This document shows, one piece after another, positions 38,446 through 48,897 of a DNA stretch of 64,000 nt. Under the pieces are notes generated by a model. It was not told the origin of the DNA, made no database searches, and was given only the letters and a program-made list of their open reading frames with translations. The position numbers were made by a program, and so were the translations under genes. The stretch is from an uncultured Bryobacterales bacterium (GTDB taxonomy: Bacteria; Acidobacteriota; Terriglobia; Bryobacterales; UBA6623): contig CAYWUV010000019.1 of NCBI GenBank assembly GCA_964461235.1, forward strand, positions 6,271 through 70,270. Reading direction: 5' to 3'. The stretch's first letter is position 1. Each line of letters begins with the position of its first letter.

Positions 38446-40516
38446 GTCGTGCTGCTTTCTGAGAAGGCAATCGGAGCCGGTTCATGGTCCGCAAGACTTT
38501 CAGGACAGACGGGTCCGACTGAATGCCCTCCAAGCCCAGCCGCCCCCGGCGCGTCCAGTTCGGGCGTTCGACGCTGGTGCCGGGAGTGTTCTGCGGCTGG
38601 GTCTCCCCCCAAAGGTCTTCTAACGTCACAATGACACAATCGGCTTCAGAGGCCGAGAGGTTCTCGAGGCACGAGCGCAGGGCGGCCTGCTCGGCACCTC
38701 CGTTTGGATCCCGGGATTCGCCCGAACCGCAATGGGCGATCAGCGCTTCCCGGAGTTCGTCGCGCCGATTGCGGGCCTCGGCCGCATGCTCCTCGTCGAG
38801 GAGTCCCAGCCCTTCCTGGTCGTCAATGTCCGTGCCCGACCAGAATGCAGAGAACATTGCGGTATCGTGCGTGTTCACCGAGGCAACCGACCCTGAAGGA
38901 GGCACGATGATCGGAGGCTCTCGGTCGCTGCGAAACTCAAACTGGGCGACATACGTCCTCCTCACGCCTCGCTCGGCCATGCAGTGCCGGACATAGGCCG
39001 GAACGGTGCCGAGGTCCTCGCCGACCACTGCTGTTCCGCGACGAGTAGACTCGAGGCAGACGATCGCGTAGAGTTCCTCCGCCGGATACCGGACGTAAGC
39101 TCCCTCGTCCCCGTCGCAACCCTTCGGAATCCAGTACATCCGGTGCAGTCCCATCAGGTGGTCGATGCGCAACACCCCGGCATATTGCAAATGGTGGCGC
39201 AGCGAGGCGATGAAGTACTCGTGGCCGGACTCTCTGGCCTGGCGAGGGTTTATGGGCGCGAAGCCCCAGTCCTGGCCCTTGCTGAAGAACCGGTCGGGAG
39301 GTGCGCCGCCCGTGGCGTTGGCAGCAAACACTGCCGGGTGCCGGAAACTGTCGAACCCATGCGGGTGAGTTCCGAGCGGCAGATCCAGGTACAGGCCCGG
39401 ACCGCGCCTGGTGGCCTCTTTCGAGAGGTCCGCGATCTGTCCGTTTGCGAGCCACTGGGCGTATGAGTGGTAGAGGCACGCAGGATCGCCAATATCAAAC
39501 GCAACCGCCCCAGGCCCGCCCTTCTCGAGGCCAGCTCGGAACGAGGCATACGCCCGCAACTCTGGATTTGCATCGACGAATTCCAGGAGGCGCGCGCGCC
39601 GCCCGGACTCCAGGCGGGTGGCCGCCAGTTCCAGGGCGGTGCGTTTGCAGCGCATCAGGTGCCGGAAGTCGACGTGAGGCCCGCCGGTCCGCTCCTCGAT
39701 GCCGCCCAGTTGCGGCGCCCACTCGGGCACCCGGCGCAGGTCCAAGTAGAACTCGTTCCAAAACTGTCGGCTGACCGGTGTGTAGGGACTTGGTGCGAAG
39801 GGCTCGTCGAGAAACGAAGCCAGTAGGGGCAGCGTGCTGACGAGTCCGCCCCCGAGATCCTGGACCCATTGAATCAGGGCTCCCAGCTCCCGAAACGTGC
39901 CCGCAGATGGAGAGCCGTTCGAGTGCAGGGCATAGAGCGGCATGAACACACCCCACGTCCGGGCGAGGCTGGGGCACCGCAGCGGAGCTCTGATCAGGAG
40001 TGTCTCCGCATCCTGGCCGCCGACGCGGAGCCCTAGCCGGTGGTAGCCCACCGGCAACGACCTCGCTACCGGGAACTGCAGGGCGGCGTAGCGAACGGTC
40101 CCGACTGTGACGAGCCTCCTGATGCGGAGGGAAGCAACGGGTACTGACCATTCGCTCAGCTCGCCGGCTTCCGTCCGGAGGGTTGCGTGGACCCGCACCG
40201 AAGAACGGGACTCCGGGAGACGGACCAGGCACTCCGCGGGCCTGCTTCCCCACGAGACAGTCACTGGCTCGACCAGACGCCCCCAACGCCCGCATTGGGC
40301 TGCCCGTATCGCGCCCTTGACGTCGTCCGAGCCATCTATCTCGGCGCCAAGGTCCTTAAGTACGGCTCGTAAGGCCTCATCATTCGGGCGGCGCTCCTGG
40401 CGGAAGCCGTCCCGATAGGCTGAGAGGACCCCATAGATGCGGGCCAGCCGTTCCAGGTCCGGCCGCATCATTCGAAAGGCGCGACCCATCGTGGCCAATC
40501 CAGCACCTTGGCCCAA
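38438..40516 (-). CDS. malQ: 4-alpha-glucanotransferase (GH77, long form)
   Basis: GH77 blocks: [23 protein letters not shown]...[33 protein letters not shown], and NTHDT. Overlaps the glgB start by 8 nt. Confidence 0.9.
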
Positions 40517-40517
40517 G

Positions 40518-42644
40518 TCATCGATCCTGCTCTACCGAAATGGGGGCCATCCGGTGGCCGGGTGCCGCTCGCAGCAGGGCAAGGCTGTGCCCCGATACGC
40601 GGTAGCTCTCCCCGGCGGCTTCGGCTCGACCGAAACGTGCTGACTTGGTGTCGAACTGGACCGTCCAGTCCCATTTCGGCAGGGTGAACCGTTTCTCGTG
40701 CGCGGAGCCGTTGAACAGAATCAGCCATGCAGGCTGGTACGTCGAGGCCAGCATCATCCCCATCCACCGCAAGCTTTTGTCGGACCAGTCCGACAGCGAC
40801 ATCTCGCTCCCGTCAGTCCGTAGCCAGACGACATCCTTGAGCCCTGTGGACGGGTCGGCAATACCGTCAAAGAACGATGTCCTGCGGAAAACGGGAACCG
40901 AGACCCGCAATCGAATCAGTGCCCGCGTGAAGGCCAGCATCGGGTCCTTTTCGGAAAGCGTCCAATCGATCCAGGACGTCTCGTTGTCCTGGCAGTACGC
41001 GTTGCTGTTACCGCGCTGGGTGCGGCCGAATTCGTCTCCCGCCACGATCATCGGCACGCCCTGCGAGAGTAGCAGTGTCGCCATCAGATTCCGTCGCTGG
41101 CGGTCCCTCAGGGCAAGGACCGCTGGATCGTCCGTACTCCCTTCCGCGCCGCAATTCCAGCTGTGGTTCTCGTGCTCGCCATCCGCTCCGCCTTCACCGT
41201 TCTCGAGATTCCGCTTGCGAATGTAGGTGACCAAGTCCGACAGAGTGAATCCGTCGTGGGATGTCACGAAGTTGACGCTTGCCTGCGGGGACCTGCACCG
41301 ATGCCCGAAGATGTCACTGCTACCCGCGACCCGCGTGGCCAGCCACGGCGTCAGCCCGGCGTCGCCGCGCCAGAACCGACGGGTGTCGGTCCGGAATGCG
41401 CGGTTCCATTCGGCCCAGCCGTCCGGGAAGTTCCCGAGTTGATCCCCATCGGGGCTGCCCAGGTCCCACGGCTCAGCGATCAGCTTGACGACACGAAGGA
41501 CCGGGTCCTGCCCGATGGCAGTGAGCAGGGGCGCGAAACGGTCGAAGCGCTCCCGCACGCGGCCGAGGGATACTGCCAGGTCGAAACGGAATCCGTCCAC
41601 GCCCATCTCTTCGACCCAATACCGGAGACTGTCCAGCACGAGCCGGATAACGGCCGGGTGGTATGTATTCAACGTGTTGCCGCAACCCGTGTAGTTGACG
41701 TACTTGCGCTTGTCCCTAGGGTCAAGCCGGTAGTACGAGCTGTTGTCGATGCCACGGAACGAAAGGGTTGGTCCAGGATGGCCGCCCTCTCCCGTGTGGT
41801 TGAACACGACGTCCAGGATGACCTCGATGCCACACTGATGGAAGCGGCGCACCATTTCCCGAAACTCATCGACCGCACCCGCACCCGGCGCCGACGAATA
41901 CGAGGGCTCCGGAGCGAAGTACGCCAAGGGTTGGTAGCCCCAGTAATTCGTCAGGCCTTTCTTCTCGAGCCAGTGATCGTCCACGTGATGCTGCACTGGC
42001 AGGAGTTCGACCGCGGTCACTCCGAGTCCGACTAGGTAGTCGAGAACCGGCTGCGACGCCAGACCGGCGTAGGTTCCCCGCTGTTCGGGTGGGACCTGCG
42101 GATGGAGTTGGGTGAATCCGCGGACATGGAGTTCGTAGATGACGGAATCGCACCAAGGCGTTCGAGGGCGGTTCGCATTGCGGGAGGTTGCTGGTGAGTC
42201 AATGACGATGCCGAGCGGAGAGCAGGCCCCGCTGTCGGTAAGGCTCCGGGCCTGGTTGAGGGCCGACGGGTCCGGGTAGCTTGCAGCGAGGTAGGAGTAG
42301 ACGGGGGGCCCCCACGAAGGCCAGCGAGCTACAGCACGCGCGTACGGGTCAAGCAAGACCTTGCAGGGATCGAATCTGTGGCCATGAGGCGGATTCCATG
42401 GGCCCGTTACCCTGTAGCCGTAATGCTGCCCGGCTGTCACACCTTCGACATGTCCGTGGAAGATCCCTCCCGTGCGACCGGGCAGTTCCACCGCAGCGCT
42501 TGGAAGGGCGTCCTCGGCGGAATCGAACAGGCAAACCTCAACGGCTTCTGCGTGCTCGGAGAACACGGCAAAATTCGTGCCCTTGGGATGGACGGTTGCG
42601 CCGAGAGGGTCTGAAGCGCCGCAGGATACAGATCTACTCATCAA
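40518..42644 (-). CDS. glgX: Glycogen debranching enzyme (GH13_11)
   Basis: PLGATVHPKGTNFAVFSEHA, YELHVRGFT, NYWGYQP, EVILDVVFNHT, GVDGFRFDLA, LIAEPWD, and NFVTSHDGFTL. Its stop codon is 1 nt from the malQ start. Confidence 0.93.
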   Translation of the reverse strand: MMSRSVSCGASDPLGATVHPKGTNFAVFSEHAEAVEVCLFDSAEDALPSAAVELPGRTGGIFHGHVEGVTAGQHYGYRVTGPWNPPHGHRFDPCKVLLDPYARAVARWPSWGPPVYSYLAASYPDPSALNQARSLTDSGACSPLGIVIDSPATSRNANRPRTPWCDSVIYELHVRGFTQLHPQVPPEQRGTYAGLASQPVLDYLVGLGVTAVELLPVQHHVDDHWLEKKGLTNYWGYQPLAYFAPEPSYSSAPGAGAVDEFREMVRRFHQCGIEVILDVVFNHTGEGGHPGPTLSFRGIDNSSYYRLDPRDKRKYVNYTGCGNTLNTYHPAVIRLVLDSLRYWVEEMGVDGFRFDLAVSLGRVRERFDRFAPLLTAIGQDPVLRVVKLIAEPWDLGSPDGDQLGNFPDGWAEWNRAFRTDTRRFWRGDAGLTPWLATRVAGSSDIFGHRCRSPQASVNFVTSHDGFTLSDLVTYIRKRNLENGEGGADGEHENHSWNCGAEGSTDDPAVLALRDRQRRNLMATLLLSQGVPMIVAGDEFGRTQRGNSNAYCQDNETSWIDWTLSEKDPMLAFTRALIRLRVSVPVFRRTSFFDGIADPSTGLKDVVWLRTDGSEMSLSDWSDKSLRWMGMMLASTYQPAWLILFNGSAHEKRFTLPKWDWTVQFDTKSARFGRAEAAGESYRVSGHSLALLRAAPGHRMAPISVEQDR

Positions 42645-42973
42645 CGGCCAGGGCCAAACTTGGAATCCTACAATACTCCGCCCCGTACGCGCTCATGCCG
42701 AGCGTCCGGAAGTGAGCCCACCGACACCGGACCGGCACGGCAAGACCTGAATTGACCGTCCCGAGGAGCATGTTTATGATGGGGGTAACGGTCGCGCTTT
42801 CGGCGGCTCGGGTGGCGCTTATTGGTTCCGCGGACGGAAGGCCTTCCACCCGGAGTGTAGGTGCCGTTACGACTGGGCTTCGTCACCCTTGAGCTGGCTG
42901 GTCACCTCAACGCACCCCGTAACGGTCGGCTATTCCCCGTTCGATTCCCAGAGGCCCGAGGAGCGTATTGGAA

Positions 42974-44776
42974 ATGCAGCAATTCACTGTCGACGGAGGA
43001 TCGCCCCTTCATGTCGTCCATATCGCACGGGAATGCTCGGGTGTGGCCTCCGAGGGGGGCGTCGGAGACGTAGTCCTCCAACTGTCCGCTGCGAGCGTGC
43101 GCGAGGGCATCCGAACTACCATCATCCTCCCGCACTACGGAGACTTCAGCCAAGAGCGTTTCGCGGCTATCGCGGAGCGGATGAAGCTTATGCTCCGCCT
43201 CTACCGGCATGAATCGCATCTGCCGAAGTCCTGGTCCTTCGAAGTGCCGATGGGTTACACTCACCATCCCAACCGAACCGAATCGGTCACGCTGAAGTCC
43301 GTAGAGTTTCGCGGGGCAACCAAGCTGGCGGTTGTGTTCGTGATGGCCGACCGCTTTCTGGGTAAGGAGAGACCATATTCCTATACGGCCGCCGAGGCCG
43401 AGGCAGTCCTGGAAGCCGGCCCGAACGACAGCCGCGTATGCGGGGCCGAACTCCCGCCTCGGAACTTCCACGTCGAGGAAGGCACGGGCCATTTCGACTA
43501 CTTCGCAATGAATGTCCTGCTCCAGAAGGCCGCGCTGCAGTGGCTGGAGCGGAATCACGAGTCCGGCGTTGCGGTCCACTGCCACGACGCCCATACGGCG
43601 ATGCTGCCGATGATCGCCAAACTGCGCGAGCCCGAGTCCTCCTGTGCCGGATATCGTTACGTCGTCACGGCGCACAACTGCGGAGCGGCATACCGCCAGC
43701 GGTGCTCGGATCTTGAGTACGTTTCCGCCGTGAGCGGCGTACCCGGCTCGGCGATCGAGCAGTGCGTGATCGACGGCGAGTTCGACCCGTTCGCGGCGGC
43801 GGCCCTCTACGCGGATCACCTGACCACCGTTAGCGACGGCTACGCCTGGGAAGTCCAGGGAGCGTGGCTCGAAGCGTCGGGCGGCGACTCAGACCTGCGC
43901 GGCTTTTCGGAGTTCCTCGCTCGCAACTCCGTCCCCATCAAGGGGATCGTGAACGGTATAGCGGCCGACCTGAAGGGGCCGGAGGCGATCCGGCCCGATC
44001 TGGGCAAGGGAGTCCGGAACGTCGGGGACTTCGCTTGGAAGCCGGCGTTCCGGAAGCGGTTCGTCCAGCGCATCTCTCGGCGCGACATGATGCCTCGATG
44101 GGGCATTCGCAGTGGGGACCGCCATGGGAATCTGAAGGCCTTGCCGGCAAACGGCTGCCTGTTCTCGTTCGTGGGTCGCTGGACGTACCAGAAGGGAGTC
44201 GGAATCATCGTGCGAGCGGCCCAGGAGGTCCTGGCCAATCGTCCGGATGCAGGCCTCTGCGTGCTGGGCTCGGGCAACCAGCCATTCGTGTTCACGGGGC
44301 TGCTGAACCTCGTCGAGGAGTTCCCGGGGCGTGTGGTTGTCGTCAAGGGCTTCAGCGATTCGCTCGCCGCCAGCATCTATGCGGCTGGGGACTTCTTTTT
44401 GGCTCCCTCACGGTTCGAGCCCTGCGGGTTGATCGACATGATCGCCCAACTCAATGGGAACCTACCCATCGTCAACCAGGTCGGAGGGCTCGCCAAGGTA
44501 ATCGACGGAGTCACTGGAATCGGCTATTTCGCGACCAACGATCGGAACAACCTGAGGGGGCTCGTGCAGTCCATGCACCGTGCGATCGATCTGCTTGGCG
44601 ACCCGAGCCAGCACGCCCGGATGCAGTTCGCCGCGAACGAACACGTCCGTGCCAAGTATGCTTGGAAATCCGTCCTGGCCCGGTACGCGCCGCTCTACGG
44701 TTTCGCAGTGAGGCCCAAGAGAGGGGCTGCGAGACTGGCGTCGGGACGCCTGGTCTCTCGGGCCAAGAAACCGTGA
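42974..44776 (+). CDS. glgA: GT5 glycogen/starch synthase-like protein, long form with atypical N-terminal motif
   Basis: C-terminal GT-B blocks are present (GRWTYQKGV, LGSGN, FLAPSRFEPCGLIDMIAQLNGNLPIVNQVGGLAKVIDGVTG). The N-terminal nucleotide-sugar loop reads ASEGGVGDV instead of the canonical A-K-T/V-G-G-L-A-D-V. ATG 42974 follows a GAGGAG. Confidence 0.8.
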   Translation: MQQFTVDGGSPLHVVHIARECSGVASEGGVGDVVLQLSAASVREGIRTTIILPHYGDFSQERFAAIAERMKLMLRLYRHESHLPKSWSFEVPMGYTHHPNRTESVTLKSVEFRGATKLAVVFVMADRFLGKERPYSYTAAEAEAVLEAGPNDSRVCGAELPPRNFHVEEGTGHFDYFAMNVLLQKAALQWLERNHESGVAVHCHDAHTAMLPMIAKLREPESSCAGYRYVVTAHNCGAAYRQRCSDLEYVSAVSGVPGSAIEQCVIDGEFDPFAAAALYADHLTTVSDGYAWEVQGAWLEASGGDSDLRGFSEFLARNSVPIKGIVNGIAADLKGPEAIRPDLGKGVRNVGDFAWKPAFRKRFVQRISRRDMMPRWGIRSGDRHGNLKALPANGCLFSFVGRWTYQKGVGIIVRAAQEVLANRPDAGLCVLGSGNQPFVFTGLLNLVEEFPGRVVVVKGFSDSLAASIYAAGDFFLAPSRFEPCGLIDMIAQLNGNLPIVNQVGGLAKVIDGVTGIGYFATNDRNNLRGLVQSMHRAIDLLGDPSQHARMQFAANEHVRAKYAWKSVLARYAPLYGFAVRPKRGAARLASGRLVSRAKKP

Positions 44777-44780
44777 ATTC

Positions 44781-46601
44781 ATGACCGACAGGATTACCCC
44801 CCCTCTCGACAAGCCAGCTCGCCGGAGGAAGCCGGTCAACACCGAGAGCGGCCGGATCCTAACTGCTGCGGAACACAGCGGAGCCGTCGATACGGACATA
44901 CGATCGGCCAGGATCGCGTACTTCTCGATGGAGATCGGACTGGCGTCCGCGATCCCCACCTATTCGGGCGGCTTGGGGGTGCTGGCAGGGGACACGCTTC
45001 GCTCGGCAGCCGATCTAGGACTGGACATGATCGGAGTGACCCTGCTCTATCGCAGGGGCTATTTTCGCCAGCGGATCAGTGTTGGCGGCGATCAGATCGA
45101 ATACCCGGCGGAATGGTCTCCTGAGGACTTTCTGGACCGTCTGCCGACTACTGCCTCGGTGACGATTGAGAGCCGCAAGGTCCGGATCGCATGCTGGAGC
45201 TATCGAGTCCGGGGAGCCGGGGGCCACGAGGTCCCGGTCTACCTGCTGGACAGCGATCTGCCGGAAAACACCGAAGGGGACCGAGCCCTGACGCATTACC
45301 TCTACGGAGGCGACGAACGCTACCGCCTGTGCCAGGAGGCAATTCTCGGCATAGCAGGACAGCGGATCCTTCATAGGCTGGGACATGACGCGATCGCAAC
45401 CTACCACATGAACGAAGGCCACTCGTCCCTGCTCGGTCTGTCGCTTCTGGAAAACAGGCTGAAGGCGCGCAACGGCAAGCGGGCCACCAAGATCGACCTC
45501 GCTGTGGTGCGTGCGCAATGCGTATTCACGACCCATACACCCGTGCCTGCCGGGCACGACCGCTTTCACATCAGCTTGGTGGAGCGCGTCCTCGGTCGCG
45601 AGAGAACCGGGCTGCTGTCGTCGAATCAGCTCCTCGACGGCAACCAGCTGAACATGACGAAGCTCGCGCTCGAGTGCTCGCGCTACGTCAACGGCGTGGC
45701 AAGGATCCACCAGAAGGTCTCCCAGGAGATGTTCCCTGAGCACCCGATTCACGGGGTGACCAACGGTGTCCACGCCGCCACGTGGACCGCACCTTCGATC
45801 CAGAAGGTATTCGACCGGCTCATTCCCGAGTGGCGGCGGGACAATGCCTATCTGCGGCATGCGAGCGACATTCCGCTCGGGGAACTGTCCGACGCTCACC
45901 GCGAATCCAAGCGAAGGCTTGTCGATGTGGTGAAGGCACAAACCGGAGAAACCCTCGAGGAGTCAGTCTTTACTGTGGGTTTCGCGCGGCGAGCCACTCC
46001 GTACAAGCGAGGCCACCTGCTCTTCCGGAACCTTGACCGGCTGCGCTGGATTGCTCGGAACGTGGGTCCGTTCCAGCTCGTCTTCGGCGGCAAGGCACAC
46101 CCCCGCGACGATGGGGGCAAGCACATGATCCTCGTGGTGCACGAAGCGGCCAAGGCGCTCAGAGGCATCGTGAAGTGCGTCTATCTCGAAAACTACGAAA
46201 TGGACCTCGGGTTGGTTCTCACTAGCGGGACCGATCTATGGCTCAATTCCCCCGAGAAAACGCGCGAGGCTTCCGGCACTAGCGGCATGAAGGCCGCTCT
46301 TAACGGCGTCCCGAGCCTGAGTGTGCTGGACGGGTGGTGGCTGGAAGGCCACGTGGAGGGAGTGACCGGCTGGTCAGCAGCGACCTATCGCGGTGCGCCG
46401 GACGACGAGTCGAGCGTTGCTCATGCCCTCTACGACAAGCTTGAGCGCGTCATCCTGCCCCTCTTCTACGAACGGTCCAAGTCGTACACGCAGGTGAGGC
46501 GTTCCGCAATCGCCCTGAACGGCTCGCACTTCAATACCCAGCGTATGGTTGCGCAATACGCATCGAGCGCCTACGCCACCAGGATCCGGAGAGTACAGTA
46601 G
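44781..46601 (+). CDS. glgP: Alpha-glucan family phosphorylase (GT35)
   Basis: AYFSMEIGL...YSGGLGVLAGD, HMNEGHS, FTTHTPVPAGHD, and EASGTSGMKAALNGVPSLSVLDGWW. Confidence 0.9.
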   Translation: MTDRITPPLDKPARRRKPVNTESGRILTAAEHSGAVDTDIRSARIAYFSMEIGLASAIPTYSGGLGVLAGDTLRSAADLGLDMIGVTLLYRRGYFRQRISVGGDQIEYPAEWSPEDFLDRLPTTASVTIESRKVRIACWSYRVRGAGGHEVPVYLLDSDLPENTEGDRALTHYLYGGDERYRLCQEAILGIAGQRILHRLGHDAIATYHMNEGHSSLLGLSLLENRLKARNGKRATKIDLAVVRAQCVFTTHTPVPAGHDRFHISLVERVLGRERTGLLSSNQLLDGNQLNMTKLALECSRYVNGVARIHQKVSQEMFPEHPIHGVTNGVHAATWTAPSIQKVFDRLIPEWRRDNAYLRHASDIPLGELSDAHRESKRRLVDVVKAQTGETLEESVFTVGFARRATPYKRGHLLFRNLDRLRWIARNVGPFQLVFGGKAHPRDDGGKHMILVVHEAAKALRGIVKCVYLENYEMDLGLVLTSGTDLWLNSPEKTREASGTSGMKAALNGVPSLSVLDGWWLEGHVEGVTGWSAATYRGAPDDESSVAHALYDKLERVILPLFYERSKSYTQVRRSAIALNGSHFNTQRMVAQYASSAYATRIRRVQ

Positions 46602-46967
46602 GCTGGCCCACCGGGATCTCGAAAGAGGGCAAAATGCTGCGGGAGCACTCCCCCTGGACGACGCGGCCCCGTGTAACGGAGTCGCTCGCAAGCAGCGTGC
46701 CCGGATTCGTCACAGGGCTGGTTTCTGGTCGCGACCGACCGGATCACGTTTTCGTGTTTAGCCCACGAACCGCCGAAAGTTGGACCGGCAGGCGCGTCGC
46801 AGTCCGGGAAGGCCAACACCGAGCCACGCCCAATCGCGGACTGCCGCCCGCAACCTCTGCGAGACGCAGACTTGGAGCCAGGAAAGCCCCTTCACTGCGG
46901 CCCGAATCAGCCTCTCTCGTTGCGATGAACTCCACTCGGACGAGAGACCAGTGCATGACGATCCGCC

Positions 46968-48812
46968 CTATTGCGCCTCCGGCTCGCGGAAATGCAGAAC
47001 TTGGTCCGCCCGTACGTCAGAGACAGTCTGAGTCTTGCCCGACGGCCATCGCACCTGGACCGACTCGACGGCGGCTTCGCCCGCAAGGCCGAAATGAATC
47101 GGCCCGGCACCGCTAGAGGCATATCCCACGCTGCCGGTGGCAAGGTTGTACTGCGTCCTCTGCTCAGTCCGTACACGAACCACCGCGCCAATTCCGTCCC
47201 TACTCGAAACCGAGCCTTCCAGCTCCACGGCGAGCCAATGATTCTCATTGGGACTGTCATTGATCCAGACTTGAGCGGGCGCTCCGAGCGCGGTCACGAC
47301 GAGATCCAATTTGCCGTCACCGTTGAGGTCGCCGGGTGCCGCCCCGCGGTGACGCCGCGGGGGCACGGAGGTGAAGCCGGCTTCCACGGTCATCGCTGCG
47401 AACGTGCCGTCGCCAGAGTTCCGGAAGACGCTGTTCGGCTGGCTGATCTGCACCGAGGGATTCACGGGATGGGACTGGACATCCCCCCTCGAAAAGAAGA
47501 GGTCCTTGAAGCCATCGTTGTCGAAATCGGGAATGATGGCCGCGTAGCCCGCCATGTCGCGGGTCTGCGTGGCCAGCTGGCTCGGCCGGCTGATGTCGAT
47601 GAAGTATCCGCCCTGGGTGTTCTGCATTAGCGGAAACGTCTCACCCGGAAGCGCAGCGTAGACCACATCTGCAAACCCATCTCCATCAACGTCCCGAGCA
47701 TCCAGTCCCATGCCGGACACGTCACGCCCGTGCTCCGGCAGAGCAATGGTCGCCTCGAAGGCAACCTCCTCAAACCCTCCTCTATCGGTCCCCCTGAATA
47801 GAAAGGTCGGCAGCTTGTCGTTCGTCACGAACACGTCCAGCGTGCCGTCGCTGTCAAAGTCGGCAACAGCAGCCCCCATGCCCTTGCCCACGTGCGAGCG
47901 GATTCCGGTGAGATGCGAGACATCGCGGAACCGCCCGTTGCCTTCATTGCGGTAGAGACGGTTGGGAGTCCCCCTGTAGTACTTCGGGTGACAGTAGTCC
48001 CGAACACCCGTTTCGTCGCACACGGAATCGACGCCCGGCCTCCATTCGAGGTAGTTCACCACGAACAAATCGAGGAGTCCGTCGTTGTCGTAGTCGAACC
48101 ATGCACCGGTAATGGCCCACAAGGCACCGTGCACGGGGTCGGATGCGGTGATCCCTGAAGCATCCGTAATGTCGGCGAACCGTCCCCTTCCCTCGTTCCG
48201 GTACAAGGAGACGTGATGCAGGCCGGCTACGAATAGGTCCTGATCGCCGTCATTGTCGAAGTCCGCGGCAGCTGCACCCAATGCGAAGCGCTCCCCGAAG
48301 AGCCCCGACTGTTCTGTCACGACGGTAAACCTGCCGCTTCCGTCGTTTTGGAACAGGCGATTGCCGAACCCGCCTGAACGCCGGGAATCCGAACAGATGC
48401 ACTGCGGCAGGACGCAGGTGGCAGGGTCGGGCCGGGGACGGGGAAGGCAACGATCCATCCGGAGCGTGCAAGCGCGGCAGATGTTCCGCCCAGCAGCAAG
48501 CTCCGGGGCGACGGGTGGCCCTGGTAGTCCTCGGTCACCACGTCGATCACAGAGGTCCGCTCCGTGCCGTGACTCCAGGGTGCGCCCTCCAACAGCGGGG
48601 TCCCCGCCGCCTGGCCCTGCGCTTTCAGCCGCAGCACCTCGCACCGCGGCCCTTGCCGCGGACGCCCCGCGTCCGGACCGGACTCGCGCGACCGCGAGGA
48701 CGGGCAACCAATATCCTGAGCTCGTGTCTGGCGACTCCCAGACTTCCATCGATCCCCCGGTGCGGAAGGGCGCTCCGTCCCGATGCATCTTAGACTCGAA
48801 CCTCAATGCCAC
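46968..48812 (-). CDS. CRTAC1/ASPIC-UnbV family FG-GAP repeat protein (5' end doubtful)
   Basis: FG-GAP repeats run from aa ~150 (NRLFQNDGSGRF, ADFDNDGDQDLF, FDYDNDGLLDLF, ADFDSDGTLDVF, ...). The C-terminal UnbV_ASPIC domain is present (NHWLAVELEG..SRDGIGAVVRV...VRWPSGKTQ). The first ~150 codons show no signal peptide and no similarity to the paralog; see the finding on the frame switch. Confidence 0.75.
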   Translation of the reverse strand: MALRFESKMHRDGAPFRTGGSMEVWESPDTSSGYWLPVLAVARVRSGRGASAARAAVRGAAAESAGPGGGDPAVGGRTLESRHGADLCDRRGDRGLPGPPVAPELAAGRNICRACTLRMDRCLPRPRPDPATCVLPQCICSDSRRSGGFGNRLFQNDGSGRFTVVTEQSGLFGERFALGAAAADFDNDGDQDLFVAGLHHVSLYRNEGRGRFADITDASGITASDPVHGALWAITGAWFDYDNDGLLDLFVVNYLEWRPGVDSVCDETGVRDYCHPKYYRGTPNRLYRNEGNGRFRDVSHLTGIRSHVGKGMGAAVADFDSDGTLDVFVTNDKLPTFLFRGTDRGGFEEVAFEATIALPEHGRDVSGMGLDARDVDGDGFADVVYAALPGETFPLMQNTQGGYFIDISRPSQLATQTRDMAGYAAIIPDFDNDGFKDLFFSRGDVQSHPVNPSVQISQPNSVFRNSGDGTFAAMTVEAGFTSVPPRRHRGAAPGDLNGDGKLDLVVTALGAPAQVWINDSPNENHWLAVELEGSVSSRDGIGAVVRVRTEQRTQYNLATGSVGYASSGAGPIHFGLAGEAAVESVQVRWPSGKTQTVSDVRADQVLHFREPEAQ

Positions 48813-48897
48813 ACCCGACCGCGAAGAGCACCGATTGGATAGGCCCTGAGCTATGTTCGATGGTTCTCTCGAAACGCGGGGCCACGGCCAGCCAGCG

